From an uncultured Anaerolineales bacterium (GTDB lineage Bacteria; Chloroflexota; Anaerolineae; UBA7937; B3-Chlor): DNA of 38,216 bases. Under the pieces are notes generated by a model. The model made no database searches, was not told where the DNA came from, and worked only from the letters and a program-made list of their open reading frames with translations. A program made the position numbers and the translations under genes. Where the stretch lies: positions 30,505 through 68,720 of the forward strand of contig CAYGQI010000001.1 of assembly GCA_964351925.1 (NCBI GenBank), read 5' to 3'. Positions 26,734 through 31,886 of the stretch are shown in pieces. Positions within the stretch are counted from its first letter, which is position 1. Each line of letters opens with the position of its first letter.

Positions 26734-26818
26734 GGAGTGGTGGCAGAGCGGCTGAATGCGCTTCCCCGCTAAGGAAGTTGGGGTAACTCCCACGTTGGTT
26801 CGAATCCAACCCTCTCCG
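26734..26818 (+). tRNA. tRNA-Ser(GCT)
   Basis: Acceptor GGAGTGG/CCTCTCC (one mismatch). AC CTTCC/GGAAG, loop CCGCTAA (C33). Long variable arm TTGGGGTAACTCCCAC. T arm GTTGG-TTCGAAT-CCAAC. Confidence 0.8.
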
Positions 26819-26824
26819 CCTCGT

Positions 26825-26894
26825 GGATGTATGGTGTAACGGTGCACGCATGACTGTAGATCATCAGGGCGTGGTTCGACTCCACGTGCATCCA
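26825..26894 (+). tRNA. tRNA-Tyr(GTA), short variable arm
   Basis: Acceptor GGATGTA/TGCATCC. D GTGT/GCAC. Loop CTGTAGA. 4-nt variable region. T arm CGTGG-TTCGACT-CCACG. A73. Confidence 0.75.
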
Positions 26895-26901
26895 CCTTCG
26901 A

Positions 26902-26972
26902 TCTCTCCTAGTGCAACGGTAGCACGCTTGGCTCTGAACCAAGTAATCTACGTCCGAATCGTGGGGAGAGAA
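26902..26972 (+). tRNA. tRNA-Gln(CTG)
   Basis: Acceptor TCTCTCC/GGAGAGA (U1:A72). D GTGC/GCAC. AC CTTGG/CCAAG, loop CTCTGAA. T arm CTACG-TCCGAAT-CGTGG. Confidence 0.85.
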
Positions 26973-26977
26973 CCTAT

Positions 26978-27050
26978 GCCGCTGAAGCTAACCCAGTGGA
27001 AGCGTCTGCCTGAAGAGCAGAAGGGGTCGGCGCGACACCGACTGGCGGCA
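26978..27050 (+). tRNA. tRNA-Phe(GAA)
   Basis: Acceptor GCCGCTG/TGGCGGC. AC TCTGC/GCAGA, loop CTGAAGA. T arm GTCGG-CGCGACA-CCGAC (non-canonical T-loop). Confidence 0.75.
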
Positions 27051-27056
27051 CCTTAC

Positions 27057-27143
27057 GGAAGAGCTAACATCGGTGTGTGCAGCCGTCTTGAAAACGGTAG
27101 TCCGGTGAAACCCGGATTGGGAGTTCAACTCTCTCCTCTTCCG
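27057..27143 (+). tRNA. tRNA-Ser(TGA)
   Basis: Acceptor GGAAGAG/CTCTTCC. AC GCCGT/ACGGT, loop CTTGAAA. Long variable arm with a CCGG/CCGG stem. T arm GGGAG-TTCAACT-CTCTC. Irregular D arm. Confidence 0.75.
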
Positions 27144-27148
27144 CCTCT

Positions 27149-27219
27149 GGCTTCTAGTCCGAACGGCTAGGAAGTCGCCTGCAAAGCGACCGTAGAGAGT
27201 TCGACTCTCTCAGAAGCCT
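27149..27219 (+). tRNA. tRNA-Cys(GCA)
   Basis: Acceptor GGCTTCT/AGAAGCC. AC GTCGC/GCGAC, loop CTGCAAA. T arm GAGAG-TTCGACT-CTCTC. Discriminator U73. Confidence 0.85.
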
Positions 27220-27225
27220 CCTCGT

Positions 27226-27300
27226 GCGCCCATAGGAGAATCGGCATATCCGCTGGTCTTAGAAACCAGGTCAATGGTGGTTCGAATCCACCTGGGCGTA
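27226..27300 (+). tRNA. tRNA-Leu(TAG), short variable arm
   Basis: Acceptor GCGCCCA/TGGGCGT. AC CTGGT/ACCAG, loop CTTAGAA. 6-nt variable region. T arm GGTGG-TTCGAAT-CCACC. A73. CCA encoded. Confidence 0.75.
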
Positions 27301-27381
27301 CCAAAAGGCCCTCGGAAGTACAACGGGTGGTCGGCACAACAGTGCCTTCTGGCTTGGGGACGCCAAAAACAATCCCCACCA

Positions 27382-27456
27382 GCATCCTGGCCGGTAAGGT
27401 GATCGGAGACTGTCTTATAAACAGTCCACAATCTGGTCCGATGCCAGAAGGATGCA
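27382..27456 (+). tRNA. tRNA-Ile(TAT)
   Basis: Acceptor GCATCCT/AGGATGC. D CCGG/TCGG. AC GACTG(T)/(A)CAGTC, loop CTTATAA. T arm TCTGG-TCCGATG-CCAGA. Confidence 0.7.
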
Positions 27457-27461
27457 CCTAT

Positions 27462-27532
27462 GGTCTCATCCGCTAAAGGGAGGCGAGCGGCCCCTCAAGC
27501 CGCAAATGCGATTTCGAGATTCGCTGAGACCA
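27462..27532 (+). tRNA. tRNA-Glu(CTC)
   Basis: Acceptor GGTCTCA/TGAGACC. D CGCT/GGCG. AC GCGGC/GCCGC, loop CCCTCAA (C33). T arm GCGAT-TTCGAGA-TTCGC with a U.U at the loop-closing pair. Confidence 0.7.
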
Positions 27533-27537
27533 CCTAC

Positions 27538-27610
27538 GTCACCATCGTCTAACGGTTCAGGATGGGACCCTTTCAAGGTCTGGATCGGAGTTCGAATCTC
27601 CGTGGTGATA
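27538..27610 (+). tRNA. tRNA-Glu(TTC)
   Basis: Acceptor GTCACCA/TGGTGAT. AC GGACC/GGTCT, loop CTTTCAA. T arm CGGAG-TTCGAAT-CTCCG. Confidence 0.8.
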
Positions 27611-27615
27611 CCTGC

Positions 27616-27687
27616 GCATTCGTAGCTGAGCGGTAAAGCAGTTCGTTGCCAACGAACAGATCGTGGGTCCAAATCCCACCGAATGCT
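27616..27687 (+). tRNA. tRNA-Gly(GCC)
   Basis: Acceptor GCATTCG/CGAATGC. AC GTTCG/CGAAC, loop TTGCCAA. T arm GTGGG-TCCAAAT-CCCAC. Confidence 0.85.
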
Positions 27688-27693
27688 CCTCGT

Positions 27694-27767
27694 GCCTGTG
27701 TAGCTCAATTGGTCAGAGCGCTTCTCCTACAAAGAAGAGGCTGGTGGTTCGAGCCCACCCAGAGGCA
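27694..27767 (+). tRNA. tRNA-Val(TAC)
   Basis: Acceptor GCCTGTG/CAGAGGC (one mismatch). D GCTC/GAGC. AC CTTCT/AGAAG, loop CCTACAA (C33). T arm GGTGG-TTCGAGC-CCACC. Confidence 0.8.
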
Positions 27768-27771
27768 CCTT

Positions 27772-27846
27772 GCTCTCATAGCCCAACATGGCAGAGGCGG
27801 CAGCTTCAAAACCTGTCCAGTGCTAGTTCGAATCTAGCTGGGAGCA
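27772..27846 (+). tRNA. tRNA-Leu(CAA), short variable arm (anticodon-arm register uncertain)
   Basis: Acceptor GCTCTCA/TGGGAGC. AC GCAGC/CCTGT (C31.C39 mismatch), loop TTCAAAA. An alternative fold gives a 9-nt loop. T arm GCTAG-TTCGAAT-CTAGC. A73. Confidence 0.6.
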
Positions 27847-28027
27847 CCTGCGGCTGAGACTCGGTGAAACGCCGAGGGAAGGGAGAACAAACCGGAAAGT
27901 AGACGGTCTCCTGTGCGTAAGTGGGAAACTCGACCCAGAGTAGCGAGGGTGTCCAGCGGTGAATGGGTATTGCCAGCGCAAGCCCCTACTGGGCGGTGAC
28001 ACCGAAACCCACCTTGAGGCCGCACAT
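27847..28027 (+). ncRNA. Unclassified structured RNA embedded in the tRNA array (not a tRNA)
   Basis: 181 nt between two complete tRNAs with no plausible + strand ORF. Terminal helix TGCGGC (27849-54)/GCCGCA (28019-24). Internal hairpins: CTCGG-TGAAACG-CCGAG (27860-76), GGAGA..CCG-GAAAGTAGA-CGG..TCTCC (27882-911), GGTGTC (27948-53)/GACACC (27998-28003) enclosing TTGC-CAGC-GCAA (27970-81). Confidence 0.5.
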
Positions 28028-28100
28028 GCTCTGCGAGCCAGTCGGTCGAAGGCACTCGTCTGATACACGAGTTTGCGTGGTTCAACTCCACGGCGGAGCA
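28028..28100 (+). tRNA. tRNA-Ile(GAT)
   Basis: Acceptor GCTCTGC/GCGGAGC. AC CTCGT/ACGAG, loop CTGATAC. T arm CGTGG-TTCAACT-CCACG. Confidence 0.8.
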
Positions 28101-28139
28101 CCTGTTTCAGTTGTTTAGCAATATTGCTAAACATCTCAT

Positions 28140-28211
28140 ACCAGCATAGCTCAGATGGAGAGCAAGCGGCCTTTACCCGCGAGGTCGGGGACCCGAGCCC
28201 CCCTGCTGGTA
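28140..28211 (+). tRNA. tRNA-Lys(TTT)
   Basis: Acceptor ACCAGCA/TGCTGGT. D GCTC/GAGC. AC (A)GCGG/CCGC(G), loop CCTTTAC (C33). Aberrant T arm GGGGA-CCCGAGC-CCCCC. Confidence 0.65.
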
Positions 28212-28218
28212 CCTAAAT

Positions 28219-28291
28219 GCTTCTGTGGCGCAATCGGCAGCGCAACCGGCCCTTAACCGGAAGGCTGGAGGATCATACCCTCCCAGGAGCA
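28219..28291 (+). tRNA. tRNA-Lys(CTT)
   Basis: Acceptor GCTTCTG/CAGGAGC. D GCGC/GCGC. AC (A)CCGG/CCGG(A), loop CCCTTAA (C33). T arm GGAGG-ATCATAC-CCTCC (A54). Confidence 0.75.
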
Positions 28292-28296
28292 CCTGT

Positions 28297-28369
28297 GCTT
28301 CGGTAGTTGAGTAGGCAAAACACCCCTTTCGTAAAGGGGAGGACAGAGGTTCGAAGCCTCTCCGAAGCT
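28297..28369 (+). tRNA. tRNA-Thr(CGT)
   Basis: Acceptor GCTTCGG/CCGAAGC. AC CCCCT/AGGGG, loop TTCGTAA. T arm AGAGG-TTCGAAG-CCTCT. Confidence 0.85.
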
Positions 28370-28455
28370 CCTTGGGTAAGGCTCCTAGCCGACACGGCAT
28401 CAGGCGCGGGGCTGACCGATGGGACATAACCGTGGATCACCCCATCTCCCAACAT

Positions 28456-28528
28456 GCCACTGTAGCTCAGCCGGTAGAGCGCCGACTCGGTAAGTCGGAG
28501 GCCGACGGATCATCACCGTCCTGTGGCT
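28456..28528 (+). tRNA. tRNA-Thr(GGT)
   Basis: Acceptor GCCACTG/CTGTGGC (one mismatch). D GCTC/GAGC. AC CCGAC/GTCGG, loop TCGGTAA (C33). T arm GACGG-ATCATCA-CCGTC (A54). Confidence 0.8.
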
Positions 28529-28533
28529 CCTAT

Positions 28534-28604
28534 GCGGGCTTGGTATATGGGTTGTGCCTCAGCCTTCCAAGCTGATGAAGCGAGTCCGAATCTCGCAGCC
28601 CGCT
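28534..28604 (+). tRNA. tRNA-Gly(TCC)
   Basis: Acceptor GCGGGCT/AGCCCGC. AC TCAGC/GCTGA, loop CTTCCAA. T arm GCGAG-TCCGAAT-CTCGC. CCA encoded. Confidence 0.85.
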
Positions 28605-28615
28605 CCAAGAAAGAG

Positions 28616-28650
28616 AAGACCCCAGGTTGTTTGCCTGGGGTCTTTTCGTT
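28616..28650. terminator. Bidirectional intrinsic terminator between the convergent tRNA array and the - strand operon
   Basis: AAGACCCCAGG-TTGTTTG-CCTGGGGTCTT: 11-bp perfect stem. TTTCGTTT follows on the + strand and a T-rich CTCTTTCTT follows on the - strand. Confidence 0.8.
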
Positions 28651-29415
28651 TCAGATCGACTTGCGTGTCCACTTGCTGTATGGCTCCAACTTCTGGAACA
28701 GGTTTTGGAGTATCTCGACGTCCTTCTTGTTGTGCTCCACGATGAAGCCCAGAGCAGTCTTATCTCCATACCCCGCCTCCATCCACAGTTCGATGTCAAC
28801 GTTGTCCTTCTCTCCGGTCTTGCCCTGCAAGCGCAAGAAGCGAGACACGGCTCCGAGATTGCGCCTGTGTAGTCTCAAGTTGGAGCGGGCGCGGTAGAAG
28901 AGATCGAAGTGGTAGATGGAACCATACTCTGGAAAGGGCAGGTCCCAGAACAGCGCACGGCTCCGCATGTATGGTATGTCGAAGCCGGTCCCATAGAAGG
29001 TGGCCACAATATGCACGTCCTGTATGGCCTCCAGCAGTTCGGTAACGATTCGCTTGTCTCGTAGCTTGGGGTCGGTACATTCTTTCGGCGTGATGATCCC
29101 ATGACGGGGCCTCTTCTCATCCTCAACCTTCATGAACCACGACAACATGAAGCCGTGATTGGCGGCTAGGTCGGTGGTCTCGATGTCAAGGAAGCCGATC
29201 TTCATGCCCTGCTTGCGGAACCAGGGGATAGCCCTCACCGGCACTTCCACGTCAGGGTCATTCTCGTGACGCATATCGTTCAGCCGGTTGGCTACCGATC
29301 GTTCAGTGCGGTCCATCCTGACCGCCATAGTCCTCTGGCTCAGGCCCTTCTTGAAGAGCCGCTTCAGTTCTCGTTCCTCCGCCTTCGTCCACTTCTTCGG
29401 CTTGTAGTCATCCAT
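28651..29415 (-). CDS. DEDDh (DnaQ/RNase H-like) 3'-5' exonuclease with an N-terminal Myb/HTH-like segment
   Basis: ExoI FLDIETTD, ExoII FYGTGFDIPY, ExoIII HNKKD. N-terminal WTKAEERELKRLFKKGLSQRTMAVRM. Confidence 0.7.
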   Translation of the reverse strand: MDDYKPKKWTKAEERELKRLFKKGLSQRTMAVRMDRTERSVANRLNDMRHENDPDVEVPVRAIPWFRKQGMKIGFLDIETTDLAANHGFMLSWFMKVEDEKRPRHGIITPKECTDPKLRDKRIVTELLEAIQDVHIVATFYGTGFDIPYMRSRALFWDLPFPEYGSIYHFDLFYRARSNLRLHRRNLGAVSRFLRLQGKTGEKDNVDIELWMEAGYGDKTALGFIVEHNKKDVEILQNLFQKLEPYSKWTRKSI

Positions 29416-29434
29416 GACGTCTCCCTTTCATGAT

Positions 29435-29468
29435 GGAAGAGAGGGAGCTTTTCGGCCCCCTCTCTTCC
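29435..29468 (-). terminator. Strong stem-loop between the membrane-protein gene and the exonuclease gene (no clear U-tract)
   Basis: GGAAGAGAGGG (29435-45) pairs with CCCTCTCTTCC (29458-68): 11-bp perfect stem. Confidence 0.45.
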
Positions 29469-29479
29469 GGGTCGCCCCA

Positions 29480-29833
29480 CTAGGCCGGACGTGCGTCCTT
29501 TGCCACAGTTACGTCCTTGGCCTCCGGTAGCAATCCAAATGCTCCCTGTCCTGCTCCAATCGCAACCAACACGCCAAATGCGAAGTTCACAAAGGCGGAA
29601 GATGTCACGCATAGAAGCGGTAGTCCGAGGGCATTTGCGAATGCTGGGAAGCAACCTCCAAAGGCGACGATAGCACCAGCCACCAAGTAGATGCCCAAGA
29701 TGATGTACTTCTTGGTCTCCGTGGCCAGAGCTCCCCACTTCACACGCAGTCCCGGCACGTACTGGAACAGCAGCGTGAAGAAGAGAACCACGATAGTCGT
29801 GATCCCCGCAACAGAAAACAGTCCTTCAGACAT
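29480..29833 (-). CDS. Small multi-pass membrane protein (holin-like topology; function unknown)
   Basis: Start taken at MSEGLF (ATG 29833), which overlaps the upstream stop by 8 nt. Three to four hydrophobic segments. Confidence 0.55.
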   Translation of the reverse strand: MSEGLFSVAGITTIVVLFFTLLFQYVPGLRVKWGALATETKKYIILGIYLVAGAIVAFGGCFPAFANALGLPLLCVTSSAFVNFAFGVLVAIGAGQGAFGLLPEAKDVTVAKDARPA

Positions 29834-30692
29834 ATTCAGCCTCCTGTGCCTGTTCGGCAACTACTTCTATTGTAGCAGGTTTCGGTCTCGCAATCAACGT
29901 GATATCGGACGTGAGGTGAGGCAGATAGGGGTCCATCGTGACTCCAACCCATATCACCTCGAAGCCCGCACGCTCCGCGAGGAACTTCAGCGTCTCTGGC
30001 AAGAATGCCCCTACATGTGGCAATCCAAGAACTCTCGACGGACGACCAGTCAGATGTGGGATGTCGATGACCAAGTAACCTGTACTCTTCAGTCTGCTCT
30101 TAAGTGAGAGCAAGTAGTCGTAGGGCTCCACGATGTGCTCAAGGACATGCAGCGAGCTTACCACGTCCCACATGTCATCAGCGGCATCACCGAGGCTTGG
30201 GCGCACTTCTAGGCGCTTGTCCAAGCACATCTTGCGTGTATTGTCGTTGGGCTCAATGCCAATGGCATGGGCTCCCTCCCCATACTGCTTCCAGACATGC
30301 TCAAGTAGCTCACCTGACCCACATCCCACATCGAGCCACCAGAAGATGTTGGGCAGCTCCATCCCCGCCTCTTTGGCATACCTCAGCACACGCTCGGCTC
30401 TCTGTCTCTCGAGGATGATGTCCATTGGACGCAGGCCCTCACGCATGCCATTGTTGGTCACGGTGCGGTACTCCTTCTCATAGAAACGCTTCATGCTTTC
30501 CTCGTCCAGCGTGCTCCCCTGAAAGACCATGCCGCAGTCGGGACAGGCGATGTAGAAGATCATGATGTAGGGCTTGACGCGGCCCTCCATGGATGAGCCA
30601 TACACCACGAAGGCCCCATCCGACTTGCCGCAGGCCGGGCAGTGTGTGCGCTTCTCCCAACTCCACTTGAGTGTCTGCTCACCCTCTGTCAT
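29826..30692 (-). CDS. Class I SAM-dependent methyltransferase with an N-terminal zinc ribbon
   Basis: Motif I WWLDVGCGSGE. HVLEH block. N-terminal CPACG...(x24)...CPDCG. Confidence 0.7.
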   Translation of the reverse strand: MTEGEQTLKWSWEKRTHCPACGKSDGAFVVYGSSMEGRVKPYIMIFYIACPDCGMVFQGSTLDEESMKRFYEKEYRTVTNNGMREGLRPMDIILERQRAERVLRYAKEAGMELPNIFWWLDVGCGSGELLEHVWKQYGEGAHAIGIEPNDNTRKMCLDKRLEVRPSLGDAADDMWDVVSSLHVLEHIVEPYDYLLSLKSRLKSTGYLVIDIPHLTGRPSRVLGLPHVGAFLPETLKFLAERAGFEVIWVGVTMDPYLPHLTSDITLIARPKPATIEVVAEQAQEAEYV

Positions 30693-30889
30693 TTCATCAC
30701 CAGCAGTCGAATGGCAATGAAAGCTGCCAAGACCTCCCAGTAGCTAAGGACCGGCCACCCGAACTTGCTGGCAAACCCACCGTAGACCAACCATACGATC
30801 ATAGCTCCCAAGAAGAATGTGAGAAGCAGAGCTCCGATCGCCACCAACAACGTTTCTCCAACACCCATCCCGTCCTTCTTGAAGTTCAT
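30689..30889 (-). CDS. Small membrane protein with two TM segments
   Basis: 66 aa. Hydrophobic segments LLVAIGALLLTFFLGAMIVWLVYGG and VLAAFIAIRLLV. ATGA-type overlaps on both sides. Confidence 0.55.
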   Translation of the reverse strand: MNFKKDGMGVGETLLVAIGALLLTFFLGAMIVWLVYGGFASKFGWPVLSYWEVLAAFIAIRLLVMK

Positions 30890-31455
30890 CGTTCTACCCC
30901 TTTCTTGTATCCAGAGGCGTACAGCGCCACCCCAATGGCATCTGCCGCGTTGTGGTCCATCGTGGGCCAGTACCCATACATGCCGCCGAACTCCTTGTGC
31001 TCTTCCCTGCCCATCACCACAGCTCGGATGTGGGCTGGCGGGGAGATGCAGACATCGTACTTCTGGACGTACAGCCCGTAGGCGAACCCGAAACGAATTT
31101 CAGCCAGCCCTACTTGGCCGAACTCAGAGTGGTAAGCCGCCCCCTCTACGACTGCTGGGTATCCCTGCTTATCACCTCCGGCCTTACTGCACATCGTCTT
31201 GATGATGTCCACAGCTGTGATGCCATAGCGCCACCTCAATCCGGCGTCCTCCTGCTTCATCTCTCCGTAGAGAACATCAATGATGTTGCCTGCGATAACA
31301 CAGAGACCGAACTTCCTACCAGGATCGACGCCGATGCCCCTTCGATTGACCCCAAGCTCCGGCACTGATGTCACTAGACGCCTCAACCTGACGCCCGACA
31401 TCTTGACGATGGGCTCTTTCTCCTCCCACTTGACCCTAGACCAATCAGTCATCAT
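30886..31455 (-). CDS. RuvC-like Holliday junction resolvase
   Basis: IGVDPG (Asp), VVEGAAY (Glu), HNAADAIGVALY (Asp), in RuvC-family order. Confidence 0.65.
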   Translation of the reverse strand: MMTDWSRVKWEEKEPIVKMSGVRLRRLVTSVPELGVNRRGIGVDPGRKFGLCVIAGNIIDVLYGEMKQEDAGLRWRYGITAVDIIKTMCSKAGGDKQGYPAVVEGAAYHSEFGQVGLAEIRFGFAYGLYVQKYDVCISPPAHIRAVVMGREEHKEFGGMYGYWPTMDHNAADAIGVALYASGYKKGVER

Positions 31456-31886
31456 TCCTCGGCAGAGGCCGACTCGAAACGTAGGAGAGACGACAGCAAG
31501 ATAGCCTGCGTCCTCAGCGTTCCGATGCGCTCGCTCAGGTTCAGCATGTCGGCCTGAGAGTACAAGTAGGCCGCATTGGCGTTGTTGTGCTTGACCATAG
31601 CATCCATGAATTCCTCATCGCCCTCCAACTTGGCCTCGATGACCCACTTGCGCCACTCCTCGTTGCTCTTACCAGTACGAGGATCGACGCTGGTTGCCAC
31701 ATCGGGGTCATTGGCCAGCTCCATCATGCGTGCTCGAGCGACCCTGTTGGCCTCTTCCTTCGATCGCTCAAACATGACATGGGCCTCAGCCTCGACCTTG
31801 CGCTTCTTTTCCAAGATGTCCATGGTCTCGTTCATAGCCTTCATGAGACCTTCTACCTGACCCTTCACCTCAATCGTCTTTGTCAT
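31452..31886 (-). CDS. Hypothetical coiled-coil protein
   Basis: Start at MTKTIEV (ATG 31886), preceded by GAGGAGAGAAGC. The longer ORF-track start lies inside the upstream gene. Confidence 0.55.
   Translation of the reverse strand: MTKTIEVKGQVEGLMKAMNETMDILEKKRKVEAEAHVMFERSKEEANRVARARMMELANDPDVATSVDPRTGKSNEEWRKWVIEAKLEGDEEFMDAMVKHNNANAAYLYSQADMLNLSERIGTLRTQAILLSSLLRFESASAEE

Noticed and set aside
27847-28027. tmRNA, hammerhead ribozyme or two decayed tRNAs as the identity of the 181-nt element.
   Set aside because: There is no T-arm plus acceptor 3' end and no tag-like ORF ending in ..AA-stop. CTGAGA...GGAAG does not match the hammerhead CUGANGA/GAAA core. The end-to-end helix spans the whole segment rather than two tRNA-sized units. 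It is kept as an unclassified ncRNA.
25724-28455. Numerous 60-100-aa ORFs on both strands across the tRNA array (for example 25724-25936 -, 25961-26236 -, 26823-27170 +, 27823-28134 -, 28523-28897 +).
   Set aside because: They overlie well-folded tRNA genes, lack RBSs and translate to low-complexity, Arg/Cys-rich sequence. They are chance open frames in stop-poor GC-rich RNA genes.
25573-28604. A quasi-periodic ~75-80-nt repetition of GGTTCGAATCC-like motifs that could be mistaken for a CRISPR array.
   Set aside because: The repeated element is the tRNA T-arm. The units fold as cloverleaves with distinct anticodons, there are no identical direct repeats with unique spacers, and there are no cas genes.
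29364-29738. A 124-aa - strand ORF overlapping the membrane-protein gene in another frame.
   Set aside because: The alternative frame (29480-29833) encodes coherent TM helices and is translationally coupled to the methyltransferase. This frame gives Arg/Gly/Trp-rich sequence.
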